Origin: a virus
Taxonomy: Duplodnaviria; Caudoviricetes
DNA: 64,000 nucleotides
Direction: 5' to 3' (one strand)
Virus record (IMG/VR): IMGVR_UViG_3300024272_000051
Location: 1-64,000 of that record
The position numbers and the translations under genes were made by a program. Shown here in pieces: positions 35,234-45,925 of this stretch. The notes below the pieces were generated by a model. That model was not told the origin of the DNA, did no database searches, and worked only from the letters and a program-made list of their open reading frames with translations. How positions within the stretch are numbered: the first letter of the stretch is position 1; every line of letters starts with the position of its first letter.

Positions 35234-35506
35234 ATGGCGTTATTTAAGAAAAAATCTACAGAAGATATTATCGAGCAAAAGAAAAAAGCGTTGGCGGGAT
35301 ATACTGCAGACTATGAAAATGCTGTCGGTTTAGTTACTGCAACAGTCAACCGAATGACCATGCTAGATGAAGATATTGGAAGAACAATTCAGGAGATTGA
35401 TGAGTATCAATCTGAATTAGAAGAAACAAAAAATGGATTGCTTGCAGCCAAGCAAAGAAATGAGAGCGTAATGAAGAACTTTAAAGCGCTGCTTAATGAG
35501 GAGTAA
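35234..35506 (+). CDS. Coiled-coil hypothetical protein
   Basis: Heptad pattern. Confidence 0.65.
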   Translation: MALFKKKSTEDIIEQKKKALAGYTADYENAVGLVTATVNRMTMLDEDIGRTIQEIDEYQSELEETKNGLLAAKQRNESVMKNFKALLNEE

Positions 35507-35519
35507 GTGAGGTGTCTCA

Positions 35520-36236
35520 ATGGCTGAAAAAATGAATATCTATCAAAAGTTGGCTAAGATCAGAAAGCCTGTCGAAGTCATCAAAAAGAATCGAAAAGGT
35601 TACGGATATACATACGTCGACGAAGAAGAAATTCTGTCTAAGATTACTGGATTAATGGGTAAGTATGGCGTTTCTCTTATTCCAAACATTACTCATGGAT
35701 CTGCAGTTGTGGAACCCTATCACTACACAAAAACAAAAACTACGAAAGACGGCACTCCATATGAGGAGCATGTAAACGAAGTTTTAGTGCGTGCAGATAT
35801 GGATTGGATCTGGATCAATGATGAAAATCCAGAAGACAGAGTTATTGTCCCATGGCTTTTTGTTGGAACCCAGTCAGACGCAAGTCAAGCTTTTGGTTCG
35901 GCGTTAACATATGCGTCAAGATATTTCCTATTAAAATACTTTAATGTTGCAACATCTGATGATGACCCAGACAACTGGAGAAGTCGTCAGAGAGAGGCGG
36001 AAAGCGAAGAAGATCGTTTGATTGCCGAAAAGATCGTAGATCAGATCCATGCCCTGGTAACAGAGCATCTTGCTGTTGCCCCCGAAGATAAACAGAATGT
36101 CATTGCAATTACTAAAAAGTATGTCAAGGAAAATGGCAAGGCAAGCGCAAATTACTATGCAATCGAAACTTCTGCAGTTGCATCCGAGCTTCTGAATGCG
36201 CTCAAAGCAGAGTTCGAAAATAATAAGGAGGAATAA
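35520..36236 (+). CDS. ERF-family ssDNA annealing protein
   Basis: NIYQKL, GYGYTY, QAFGSALTYASRY, DDPD. Confidence 0.85.
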   Translation: MAEKMNIYQKLAKIRKPVEVIKKNRKGYGYTYVDEEEILSKITGLMGKYGVSLIPNITHGSAVVEPYHYTKTKTTKDGTPYEEHVNEVLVRADMDWIWINDENPEDRVIVPWLFVGTQSDASQAFGSALTYASRYFLLKYFNVATSDDDPDNWRSRQREAESEEDRLIAEKIVDQIHALVTEHLAVAPEDKQNVIAITKKYVKENGKASANYYAIETSAVASELLNALKAEFENNKEE

Positions 36237-36239
36237 GAT

Positions 36240-36638
36240 ATGGGATTTCGTCAGGGCGGCTATATGACCGTGTGGTCAACAGAGACAAGTAAGTCAGGCA
36301 ACACCACGCGGGTTCGTCTTTCTTCTAGCCGTAAGAACAAGAAGACCGACGAGTATGAACAGGATTTTTCCGGGTTTTGTACATTCATCGGCCCCGCACA
36401 TGAAGCAGCTCAACACCTAAAGGAAAAAGATCGTATTAAAATTCTTGAGTGTGATGTTGGCACCACTTTTGACAAAGAAAAGAGAACTGAGTATGTCAAC
36501 TATAAGGTCTTTAGCTTTGAGATGGCGGATGGTTCTACCCCTGCAGGTGGAAAGACCACTGCTAACACAACCAAGAAAAAGGCGGCATTGGTTGACGATG
36601 GAGAAGTTGAAGTCGACGAAGATGGTTTGCCATTCTAA
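36240..36638 (+). CDS. Phage single-stranded DNA-binding protein
   Basis: Acidic tail ending DEDGLPF; position after ERF. Confidence 0.75.
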   Translation: MGFRQGGYMTVWSTETSKSGNTTRVRLSSSRKNKKTDEYEQDFSGFCTFIGPAHEAAQHLKEKDRIKILECDVGTTFDKEKRTEYVNYKVFSFEMADGSTPAGGKTTANTTKKKAALVDDGEVEVDEDGLPF

Positions 36639-36655
36639 CACTACGGTGACACCTT

Positions 36656-37429
36656 GTGAATTATTCAAATATCATATCTGATTTCACATGGTCTTACTCT
36701 CGTATTGGTCAATTTGAAATGTGTCCATACGCTTTTTTGCTCCATTATATTAAGCGCACCCCACATAAAAGACTGTTCTTTTCGGACTACGGGGTTTTTA
36801 TGCATAAGATAATCGAGCTCTACCTGAAGGGTGAACTTGACAAAAAAGATCTTGCATCGTATTACCTCGAAAACTTTCGTAAAGAGGTGAAGGGATACGC
36901 GCCAAGTAGAGATATCTTTAAAACCTATTTTGAGCAAGGATTGAATTATCTCCTCCATATTGATCGGTTTCCATATCAATTGCCACTTTGTGTTGAAGAA
37001 CAACTTGATTTCAATATTGAGGACAAGAAATTTACAGGAATTATTGACTGTATTGCAAAGGACGACGGTTTGATTATTGTTGACAATAAATCCAGAACCT
37101 TAAAACCACGTTCTAAAAGAAATAAGCCAACAAAGTCGGATGAAGAACTGGACGCTTATCTCAGACAATTGTATTTGTACAGCATACCTGTAAAATCCAC
37201 ATTTCATACATATCCGGCACGATTAGAGTTTAATTGTTTTAGAACGGGAGAGTTAATTTCTGAACCGTTCAGTGAAGAAAAATTTGAAGAAGCTAAACAA
37301 TGGGCGCTTAAAATGATTGATACGATTACTGACAACGAAGACTGGTCGCCAAAGATGGACTATTGGAAGTGCAGATATATCTGTGATTTTAGCGATAGCT
37401 GTGAATACTTCCAAATGAACAGAAAATAG
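36656..37429 (+). CDS. PD-(D/E)XK (RecB/Cas4-like) exonuclease
   Basis: SYSR..CP, G..H, GIID, IVDNKS, QLYLY, C-terminal C..IC....C. Confidence 0.85.
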   Translation: MNYSNIISDFTWSYSRIGQFEMCPYAFLLHYIKRTPHKRLFFSDYGVFMHKIIELYLKGELDKKDLASYYLENFRKEVKGYAPSRDIFKTYFEQGLNYLLHIDRFPYQLPLCVEEQLDFNIEDKKFTGIIDCIAKDDGLIIVDNKSRTLKPRSKRNKPTKSDEELDAYLRQLYLYSIPVKSTFHTYPARLEFNCFRTGELISEPFSEEKFEEAKQWALKMIDTITDNEDWSPKMDYWKCRYICDFSDSCEYFQMNRK

Positions 37430-37440
37430 GAGGTGGCACT

Positions 37441-38772
37441 ATGAATGTTTGTGACATCAATGATGTCGCAAGCGAAGCGGGAGTAATTGCTTCGGCGATT
37501 TTACATCCTGAGTTTGTGTTTTACTCAGAACAGCTTACCCCGCACCACTTCACAAATGATCAGAATGCTTATATGTACTACGCCATTTGTGAGTTGGCGA
37601 AAATGGGTATCGAAAAAATTGACGCATATAACATTACAAATATTTTGAATGCGAGACCATCAACGAGAGAGAAGGCGGCAAGCCTTCTCTCCATTGCTTC
37701 CATCACGGAGTTTATTGATAATGCACATAGCATTGCGCGAGATAGTGTCGAGGAATACAAGATGGTTTCTGACATGGTGTTAAATGCAGCGTTTCGTCGT
37801 GACACATATAACAAGCTTGTCGAGTGTCAGCGACTTTGCTTTAACAGCAACGAAAAAGAAATCGAGCAACAGATTTACTCTACACTTGACGATGTGATGA
37901 TGGAGTATTCCACCACAACGGAAGTTCCACAATATAAAGATGTTGTTGACGGCCTTTGGGAAGAAATAAAAGCACGCCAACAAAACGGTATGTCTGGAAT
38001 ACCATTCAAGTTTCCAACACTCAATCAGTATGTCAGCATTGAACCCGGAGAGCTTGTCGTGTTTGCCGCAGAGGCAAAGCAGGGCAAAAGTATGATGCTG
38101 CTCAACTGTGCTGTGGATCTATTAAAAAAGGGAAAAAAGGTTCTATATATTGATAGCGAACTTAACTCCCGGTTGTTTACATGTCGAATACTTTCACATT
38201 TGGCTAAGATCGAGTTTAGTCGTGTGCGAAGTGGCAATTATTCTACAGAAGAAGAGCAACGAATAAATATGTGTCTCAAATGGCTGAAAAAGCAAAGCTT
38301 CACTCATCTCTATATGCCGATGTTCGATGCTCAGAGCATTTATACAGCAGTCAAAAAAGTGAAGCACACACAAGGAATTGATGTTCTAATTATTGATTAT
38401 TTCAAGGGCAAAGGGGAGGGCGATGCCTTTGCTTCCTATCAGGAATTAGGTCGCCTCGTGGATATGGTTAAAAACCAAATATGTGGCGATATGAATATCG
38501 CAGGCATTGGAGCTGCACAAGCAACTGTTACTGGCAAGGTTGCTGACAGCGCGAAGATCGGTCGCAATGCTTCGACAATTGCTATTATTCAAGACAAGCT
38601 TCCAGAAGAGATTGAGGCGGACGGACCGGAGTGCGGCAATAAAAAACTACGTATTGTTCTAAACAGAAACGGAGCACAAATGTCGCAGGACGAATACATA
38701 GATCTAAACTTCCAAGGAAATATAATTTCGTATGAAGAAGCTGCGCAACATGTTGTGCAAACGCCATATTAA
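37441..38772 (+). CDS. dnaB: Replicative DNA helicase
   Basis: Walker A AEAKQGKS, IDSE, IIDY, AAQ, NRNG. Confidence 0.88.
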   Translation: MNVCDINDVASEAGVIASAILHPEFVFYSEQLTPHHFTNDQNAYMYYAICELAKMGIEKIDAYNITNILNARPSTREKAASLLSIASITEFIDNAHSIARDSVEEYKMVSDMVLNAAFRRDTYNKLVECQRLCFNSNEKEIEQQIYSTLDDVMMEYSTTTEVPQYKDVVDGLWEEIKARQQNGMSGIPFKFPTLNQYVSIEPGELVVFAAEAKQGKSMMLLNCAVDLLKKGKKVLYIDSELNSRLFTCRILSHLAKIEFSRVRSGNYSTEEEQRINMCLKWLKKQSFTHLYMPMFDAQSIYTAVKKVKHTQGIDVLIIDYFKGKGEGDAFASYQELGRLVDMVKNQICGDMNIAGIGAAQATVTGKVADSAKIGRNASTIAIIQDKLPEEIEADGPECGNKKLRIVLNRNGAQMSQDEYIDLNFQGNIISYEEAAQHVVQTPY

Positions 38773-38789
38773 GGAAAGCGGGTGACGGC

Positions 38790-39782
38790 GTGGAAGTATC
38801 TGAGATCATTGAATGTGTAGATATTCTTGAGTACATATCACAGTTTTGTGAATTGGAAGAAAAACAAGACGGAGAATTTTGGGGTCTATCGCCACTGAAG
38901 GATGAGAACACGCCGTCGTTCTCCGTCAATGTGGAAAAACAGAGGTTCTATGATTTTTCAACCGGCAAGGGTGGAAACGTATTGGAGTTTATCTGTCAAT
39001 ATAATCACTGCGATTTTTTCAAAGCACTTCGTATTTTAAAAGAGTATGCAAATATCACTGAAGAAGAGAGAGGCGAGACGCCTAAGAGACTTCAAGCTAC
39101 ATCGATTGCAAAAAAATTCAAAGACAAACAAAAAAGGGTCAAAGAATCTAAAAGCGTTATTTTGCCGCAAGATTATATGAACCGCTATGAGAAAAATGAA
39201 GAAAAGCTTTCGTTGTGGATCAAAGAAGGTATAACGCAAGAATCTCTTGATAGGTTTCAAGTACGATATGACCCATTCTCAGATCGTATAGTTTATCCAA
39301 TTCGCAATAACACTGGGGATATCATTAACGTATGTGGTAGAACATTAGACCAATCGTACAAAGAAAAGAGGCTTCGAAAGTATACATATTTCAAACCACT
39401 TGGTGTACTTGACTCAATCTATGGATTTGCAGAAAACAAAGAATACATTCTTCAAAAGAAAGAAATTATTTTGTTTGAAGGTGCTAAGTCAGTAATGATT
39501 GCTGATGGTTGGGGTATTAAAAATACTGGAGCTATCCTAACTTCGCACCTCAATCCCTACCAGTTTAAGCAGCTGATTAGTTTTGGCATAACAACAGTGG
39601 TATTTGCGCTTGATGCCGAGGTAGATATTCGAGATGATGTAAATATCAAAAAACTGTTACCTTATGTTCGTGTTGAATGGGTTCGGAACAGAAATGGCCT
39701 ATTGGAAGACAAAGATTCTCCTGTTGACAAGGGTTTTGATGTTTTTCAGACATTGTATGAAGAAAGGGGGCGACTACACTGA
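38790..39782 (+). CDS. dnaG: DNA primase
   Basis: Degenerate Zn domain (SPLKDENTPSF..FYDFSTGKGG), RIVYPI, GR, KY, EG TOPRIM, ALD. Confidence 0.88.
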   Translation: MEVSEIIECVDILEYISQFCELEEKQDGEFWGLSPLKDENTPSFSVNVEKQRFYDFSTGKGGNVLEFICQYNHCDFFKALRILKEYANITEEERGETPKRLQATSIAKKFKDKQKRVKESKSVILPQDYMNRYEKNEEKLSLWIKEGITQESLDRFQVRYDPFSDRIVYPIRNNTGDIINVCGRTLDQSYKEKRLRKYTYFKPLGVLDSIYGFAENKEYILQKKEIILFEGAKSVMIADGWGIKNTGAILTSHLNPYQFKQLISFGITTVVFALDAEVDIRDDVNIKKLLPYVRVEWVRNRNGLLEDKDSPVDKGFDVFQTLYEERGRLH

Positions 39783-42700
39783 TTCATTTGCACACACATT
39801 CGATGTATTCGTTGCGTGACAGTATTATCAAGCCGGAAGAGTTGATAAGTCGGTTGAAAGAAATTGGACAAGATACCATTGCTGTAACAGATCACGGCGA
39901 ATGTCTCGGCACAGTGGAGATTTATAAGCTATGTAAAGCAAATGATATTAAACCAATTATCGGGGTTGAGTTTTATATATGTGATGACTTGACCATCAAA
40001 GACAAAAACTCAAGGTATTACCATCTTGTTGCGCTGTGTAAAAACGAAGTGGGTCGCCTCAATTTAAATACACTCATCAGTCTATCGGAAAGACCTGAAA
40101 ACAAATACTACAAGCCCCGTATTGATTTTGAGCTATTGTCACAGTATGGAGAAGGATTGATTATTCTCAGTGCTTGTCTGGCCGGTGAAATAAGTAAAAA
40201 TCTATTGGCAAATGATTATGGAAAAGCAAAGGAAATTGCCTTGCGATATAAGGAGCGGTTTGGAGAGGATTATTATTTAGAAATCCAAGCTCACCGAGAT
40301 CCTGAACAGATAGCGATCAATCAGCAAATTTTACGACTTTCGCAGGATATTTCGGTTCCGTGTGTAGTTACTTGTGATGCTCATTACACTTGGGAAGCAG
40401 ACAAGGTTTACCAGAACAAATATGCATTTAATGGGGCGTATAAGGAAGATGGGGAATCGTACATCGATTGCTTTATTCAAAGCGAGAGCGAAGTTAAGGA
40501 GCGACTCGGTTATTTAACCCCAGAGATTGTAGATGATGTTATTAGAACTACACACATCATCGCAGATAAGTGCAATGTTGAGCTACCACTTTCTGCACCA
40601 ATTATGCCAAAAATGGATGTGCCACAAGAGTTTTCAGACAGTAAAGAATGGCTTATGTCGATTTGTGAAAATGGGTTTCGTACCAAGTTGAATATTGATG
40701 TAGCCACGCGTTCTCAGGCTGACCCAAATAGAAAAATATTCCAACAGATTTTGAATGAAGATGGGGAGATTGTTGGGTACGAAGAAAAAGATCTATCACA
40801 AGAGACTATCGATGCATACATAAAGCGATATGAGTATGAATTAGACAGTCTAACACGAATGGGTTTTCTCGACTATATGCTTCTGGTTTATTCATATGCA
40901 AATGTGGCGAAGCGTCGCGGAATCGCAAGAGGCTCCGGCGGAGGAAGTCTGATCTGTTATGTCTCCAACATTACGAACATTGACCCACTTGAGCACAAGC
41001 TTTATTTTGAGCGTTTCATTGATGTTGGGGCATTGCCGTTGCTTGAGAGCGGTGAAATAACTCCAAAGGAACTAAAAATACCAGACGTTGATCTCGACTT
41101 TTCTGGAGAGTCTTGTGCAGAGGTCATGCGCTTTTTGTACGATACATATGGAGAAAAAAGAGTTGCCTCTATTGGAAAGTTTGGCACAAATAAAACAAAA
41201 GGCACAATTCGAGATATGTGCAAGGTTTTGGGAATTGATCTTCAGGCTGCAGACGAAATTGCGAAGTCTTTTGAGAGCTTTGAAATCAACGAAATTGACG
41301 CAATGATTTCCGGCGAGATGGATGTTGTACCAAGTGCAAAAGCGGCCATTGATAATGTGAAGACATATCCAGAACTGTTTGATTTTGTTAGAAAGCTAAA
41401 TGGTCTGCCCAAGTCATTTGGTTTACATGCCTGTGGCAAGATTATCGCCAATAACGAATTAGATTATTATCTCCCATCAAGTTATGATGCAGAAGGAATT
41501 CGCTTCCTACAAGGGGATATGCACAGTGTGGATGATGTCGGATTGGTAAAAATTGACGTTCTTGGACTTCGAACTTTAGACCAAGAATATGACACTCTTG
41601 AAATGTCTGGAGAGTCATTGGAGTTCATCAACCCAAAACAAGACTATGGAGACCCAAAAGTTTTGGACATTTTCCGAAATGGAGACACACTGGGGATTTT
41701 CCAGTTTTCTTCAAATGGAATGAAACAAACCCTCAAGAAAATGAACGTAAGTGGCATTGATGATTTGTCTGCAGCAAATGCACTGTTCAGACCTGGATCA
41801 ATGGGATATATCGATAATTACTGCAACAGAAAAAGCGGCAAGGAAAAGTTTACTTATTTGCATCCGGACTTGGAAGGCATCTTGAACACAACATATGGAA
41901 TTATTGTCTTCCAGGAACAGCTGATTGAAATTGGTCGATTAGCCGGTATGCATAACCCAGACTTGTTGCGTAAGGCAACCGGCAAGAAAAACCCCAAGCT
42001 TCTGGCTCAAGTAAAACCAGAACTTGAAGAGAAGCTGAAGGCAAGGGGCTGGACTGATGAACAATTTAGTCAATTGTGGACAGATATGTTGGAATTCGCT
42101 AAATACTCGTTTAACAAGGCGCACTCAAGTGCATACGCAATTCTTGCGTATATTACAGCAAAACAAAAGGCATATTATCCAGCCGAATTCTATGCAGGGC
42201 TTTGCAATTCCTATATCGGGCAAAGTTCTTTTGTTAAAGATGATGCCGACGAAATTATTAGCGATATGTTTAAGCACAAAATCAGCATTGAGCCATTCAG
42301 CTTTAGAGATGATCATAGAAAATGTTGGGTCAAAGATAATAAAGTTGTGTATGCAATTCCTTTGATCAGAGACTGCAACCAAAATACAGCAGAGGTGTTG
42401 TATCAATTCCGAAACAGTAAACAGAAATACTTCTGGGCGCTTTGTGGAGATATGATACAGGCAGGTCTTGAAAAGTCTAAGCTTAAAATTTTGATCCTAC
42501 TTGGTTTCTTTAAAGAGTATGGAAACACAAAGGAATTATTACGCATCATGGATATCTTCGAATTCTTTAAATTTGGAGAGCGAGCATCAATTAAGGTTTC
42601 TCAAATCGTTGAAGACGGTTTTATGAATGTGGTTATTCCTCAGTATAGTGTTCGCCCCAAGACAAAGAGTGGAGAACTGTCAAAAACATATAAAGAACTA

Positions 42701-43075
42701 AATATCCCTGCGATTATGAATGCGTATGAAGATAAGTTGTTATCTCTTGGTATTGACGAATTTAGCTACAGAGACATTATGGCTACACAGAAAGAGTACT
42801 TGGGATTTGTCAGTCTTGTTTCTGGGAAAGAGGAAGATAGAACCAAGCTCCGCATTAAGGGTGTCTACCCAGTCTGTAGAAAGTCTGACGGAAAACTGTT
42901 CGGATACAGCATCCTCACACAGTCTATAGGAAGTGGTAAAGAAAGCCGCATGACCGTTTTTAAAAAGCGGTTTGAAGAAAACCCCATCCAAGAAGGGGAT
43001 ATCATCGACTGTAGAAGGTGGGAGCGTGACGGTATTTATTTCCGCCTGCTCGACTATGTACATTTGGTCGATTAA
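39779..43075 (+). CDS. dnaE: DNA polymerase III alpha subunit (probable CTG start)
   Basis: HLHTHSMYS, TDHG, RGSGGGS, PDVDLDF, HACG, KIDVLGL, GIFQF, YSFNKAHS. Confidence 0.95.
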   Translation: MIHLHTHSMYSLRDSIIKPEELISRLKEIGQDTIAVTDHGECLGTVEIYKLCKANDIKPIIGVEFYICDDLTIKDKNSRYYHLVALCKNEVGRLNLNTLISLSERPENKYYKPRIDFELLSQYGEGLIILSACLAGEISKNLLANDYGKAKEIALRYKERFGEDYYLEIQAHRDPEQIAINQQILRLSQDISVPCVVTCDAHYTWEADKVYQNKYAFNGAYKEDGESYIDCFIQSESEVKERLGYLTPEIVDDVIRTTHIIADKCNVELPLSAPIMPKMDVPQEFSDSKEWLMSICENGFRTKLNIDVATRSQADPNRKIFQQILNEDGEIVGYEEKDLSQETIDAYIKRYEYELDSLTRMGFLDYMLLVYSYANVAKRRGIARGSGGGSLICYVSNITNIDPLEHKLYFERFIDVGALPLLESGEITPKELKIPDVDLDFSGESCAEVMRFLYDTYGEKRVASIGKFGTNKTKGTIRDMCKVLGIDLQAADEIAKSFESFEINEIDAMISGEMDVVPSAKAAIDNVKTYPELFDFVRKLNGLPKSFGLHACGKIIANNELDYYLPSSYDAEGIRFLQGDMHSVDDVGLVKIDVLGLRTLDQEYDTLEMSGESLEFINPKQDYGDPKVLDIFRNGDTLGIFQFSSNGMKQTLKKMNVSGIDDLSAANALFRPGSMGYIDNYCNRKSGKEKFTYLHPDLEGILNTTYGIIVFQEQLIEIGRLAGMHNPDLLRKATGKKNPKLLAQVKPELEEKLKARGWTDEQFSQLWTDMLEFAKYSFNKAHSSAYAILAYITAKQKAYYPAEFYAGLCNSYIGQSSFVKDDADEIISDMFKHKISIEPFSFRDDHRKCWVKDNKVVYAIPLIRDCNQNTAEVLYQFRNSKQKYFWALCGDMIQAGLEKSKLKILILLGFFKEYGNTKELLRIMDIFEFFKFGERASIKVSQIVEDGFMNVVIPQYSVRPKTKSGELSKTYKELNIPAIMNAYEDKLLSLGIDEFSYRDIMATQKEYLGFVSLVSGKEEDRTKLRIKGVYPVCRKSDGKLFGYSILTQSIGSGKESRMTVFKKRFEENPIQEGDIIDCRRWERDGIYFRLLDYVHLVD

Positions 43076-43091
43076 ACAAAGGAAAAAAGAT

Positions 43092-43412
43092 ATGTACGAA
43101 CACTTTGGTGTTAATGAATTTGCAAAAAATAGATGGGCTGTAGTTGGTTTTGATTATGATACAGCACTCCAACTTATATCAGATATCGAGACATCTTCTG
43201 AGAAAGAAGTGTTAAGAAAAACGCGAACAAAGCACGAAATACGCACAGAATTTACTGATGGCACTTTGTTAAGATGGGTGCCTGCTTATATTAATGCAAG
43301 AGGACATAAGTTCGGTAAAATGTGGTGCGATAAAAGTATTAACGAAGAAGAGCTAAGATGTAGGATCATGCCGATGTATTTTGGCAAAAGAGAAGATATT
43401 ACTTGGTTATAA
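43092..43412 (+). CDS. Hypothetical protein
   Basis: Tiled ORF. Confidence 0.55.
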   Translation: MYEHFGVNEFAKNRWAVVGFDYDTALQLISDIETSSEKEVLRKTRTKHEIRTEFTDGTLLRWVPAYINARGHKFGKMWCDKSINEEELRCRIMPMYFGKREDITWL

Positions 43413-43665
43413 AATTGAGATTTCATAAAGGAGGTGCGCCTCTTCGTGATAAAACAGGTTTGTAATTTTTGCGGAAAAGATTTTGATATGTGGGACAAAC
43501 AAGAAGCGTTTGGCCTTCATCACCATGTTGGCTACGGAAGCGAGTTTGACGGCAGTTATATTGATGTCGATATGTGCTGTTCTTGCTTTGACAAGCTGAT
43601 GAATACATATGTCATTCCAAATTGTAAGATCTCGCCGGTGGGAGAGGTTGGTGAGACATAATAAG

Positions 43666-44103
43666 ATGATGACACTAAGAGAACTCGATAATATGCTTGC
43701 TGAATTTGAATATAAAACAGGCAAGTATGCAACGAAAATATATTGCGGGGCAAAGGCACTGGTTAGCTTACTTAAATACTGTAATAACCATGAGCTTGGA
43801 TATTTTGATCGGTTCGAACCTTATGTTGACGGACGTATTAAATATATGGGAATCCCAATAGAAGTTGTTCACAACCCAAATATTGGAGAAGAGTTCATTG
43901 TAACAAACGAATCTGAGTGGACACCCCATCTACATTCTCCGCATGATTTGTATATTGACGATCTGGTTCAGAGACATCGAGAGTGGTTTGAGCCAATATA
44001 TTACGGGGAATGGGATGTCAACAAAGTTAGTAGTCTTTTCGATGAAGAAATAGACGATATTGATGATGCGGACTTAATGTCGATTTTAGGATTTGAAAGT
44101 TGA
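43666..44103 (+). CDS. Hypothetical protein
   Basis: Tiled ORF. Confidence 0.5.
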   Translation: MMTLRELDNMLAEFEYKTGKYATKIYCGAKALVSLLKYCNNHELGYFDRFEPYVDGRIKYMGIPIEVVHNPNIGEEFIVTNESEWTPHLHSPHDLYIDDLVQRHREWFEPIYYGEWDVNKVSSLFDEEIDDIDDADLMSILGFES

Positions 44104-44111
44104 GGAATACT

Positions 44112-44771
44112 ATGGCAAAAATTGAAAACGTAGAAGTCTACGGTCTTGATAGCACCATCTACAGAAGTGGATATCCTATGATGGATGCCGCACCTACTAA
44201 AGAAGAATTTTGTGATGCGGTTTCTGAAATCGCCACTGCTCGTGTGGTTGGTGATTATAATAATCCGCATATTAAGAGAGCAATTGGTCTTGCAAATGCT
44301 AAAGGTGGCGGACACGACCAATTCCTTACTGGTATTGTAGTTAATTTCGACCTTACACTTTCCAACAAAGCGTGGGTTGAAGCAGAGCGGTACACATTCT
44401 TAAACTTCATTTCTTCTATGAGCACCATGCATCGTGTTGCGATGTTCAAAATCGGGGATTGCTGCAATGGTCATGTGAGCGATGTAGAAGTTAAAGAGGC
44501 GGAACGGCTACAGGATATCTACAACTCTATCGATGGCGAAAAAGAACCAAAAAGAAAGAAGATAGCATATCTCGATTTGTTGTACAATCTCCCATCTGGC
44601 TTTGAACTGATGGCTGGAATGACAACCAACTATCGTTGTCTAAAAAACATTTATGCACAGCGCCGTCATCATAGACTGCCTGATTGGCACGTTGTTTGCG
44701 ACTGGATTGAGACTCTTCCTATGGCAGACTATCTGATCACAGGTGCTGCTACAAGAAAAGAGGTCAAATAA
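44112..44771 (+). CDS. Divergent ThyX-like protein
   Basis: GHDQFL, EAERY..SSMSTMH, LPSG, NYRCLKNIYAQR..H..W; next to dNMP kinase. Confidence 0.55.
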   Translation: MAKIENVEVYGLDSTIYRSGYPMMDAAPTKEEFCDAVSEIATARVVGDYNNPHIKRAIGLANAKGGGHDQFLTGIVVNFDLTLSNKAWVEAERYTFLNFISSMSTMHRVAMFKIGDCCNGHVSDVEVKEAERLQDIYNSIDGEKEPKRKKIAYLDLLYNLPSGFELMAGMTTNYRCLKNIYAQRRHHRLPDWHVVCDWIETLPMADYLITGAATRKEVK

Positions 44772-45334
44772 TGAAAGTCATTTGTATTTCTGGAAAGGCA
44801 CAGCACGGAAAGGATACAACAGCATCACTTCTTCGGGATGCGCTTGAGAATGACGGATACACAGTCCTGATTGCGCATTATGGAGACTTGGTTAAGTATG
44901 TGTGCAAGACATTCTTTGGTTGGAATGGAGAAAAGGACGAATATGGACGCAGTTTGTTACAACATGTTGGGACAGATGTAATTCGGAATCAACAAGAAGA
45001 TTACTGGGTTGGATTCATTGGCGACATGCTTAGAATGTTCCCAGGTGAATGGGACTATGTACTGATCCCTGACTGCCGGTTCCCAAATGAGGTTGAGTAC
45101 TTGAGGGGGCTGGGCTTTGATGTGACCCATGTTCGTGTCTTGAGAGAAAATTTTGTCAGTCCACTAACAGAGGAACAGCAAGCGCACTCGTCAGAAACTG
45201 CCCTGGATGATGTTGCTCCGGATTTTTGGGTCATCAATTACGGTTCATTGCAGGACTTGAAACATGCTATTAGTTCGCTGATTTCTTCAATGAACGGGTA
45301 TCATCAAATGCATATTGATGAGTTTGTGGGGTGA
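44771..45334 (+). CDS. Deoxynucleoside monophosphate kinase
   Basis: ISGKAQHGKDT P-loop, RSLLQHVGTD, DCRFPNE, HSSE. Confidence 0.85.
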   Translation: MKVICISGKAQHGKDTTASLLRDALENDGYTVLIAHYGDLVKYVCKTFFGWNGEKDEYGRSLLQHVGTDVIRNQQEDYWVGFIGDMLRMFPGEWDYVLIPDCRFPNEVEYLRGLGFDVTHVRVLRENFVSPLTEEQQAHSSETALDDVAPDFWVINYGSLQDLKHAISSLISSMNGYHQMHIDEFVG

Positions 45335-45337
45335 GAT

Positions 45338-45910
45338 ATGTTCGTAGATATCTACAACACAAACAACAAGTACGATCTCATAGTAGCAGATCCGCCCTGG
45401 AAACAAAGTAAAGGCGGTAAAAAGGCGGTTAGAGCAAACTCAAGCGGAACACCGTTAGATTACCCAGTGTGTACACTTGATGAAATAAAGGAACATTTGC
45501 AAAAAGCAAACGAATGTACCGGTGAAAATGCGATATTGTTTCTGTGGACAATCGATAAATATTTGTTCGAAGCAGAACAAATAGCAAAGGAACTTGGATA
45601 TAAGCTTCATGCCAGAATGGTGTGGAACAAAGTTACCGGAATTCCGGCTGCATTTACAATTCGATTTGGGCACGAATACCTATTGTATATGTACAAAGGA
45701 CGATTACTACCGGTCAACAAGGAGCAACGAGGAAAGATCCACTCGGTTTTTACGGAGCGTGTAAAAAGACATAGCCAAAAGCCAGAAATTTCCTACGATA
45801 TTATAAACTGCTTATACCCTCATGCAAAAAAAGTCGAGCTATATGCACGCCAAGAACGAGACGGTTTTGATAGTTGGGGAAATGAAATTGTGGGGTATAT
45901 CCCGCAATAA
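45338..45910 (+). CDS. MT-A70-family adenine methyltransferase
   Basis: ADPPW, LFLW, WNK, E, HSQKP, ELYAR, WGNE. Confidence 0.88.
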   Translation: MFVDIYNTNNKYDLIVADPPWKQSKGGKKAVRANSSGTPLDYPVCTLDEIKEHLQKANECTGENAILFLWTIDKYLFEAEQIAKELGYKLHARMVWNKVTGIPAAFTIRFGHEYLLYMYKGRLLPVNKEQRGKIHSVFTERVKRHSQKPEISYDIINCLYPHAKKVELYARQERDGFDSWGNEIVGYIPQ

Positions 45911-45925
45911 CACAGGAGGATACAT

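Noticed and set aside
36656-37429. Cas4 of a CRISPR system
   Set aside because: No repeat-spacer array or cas genes; it sits in the ERF-SSB-DnaB recombination block.
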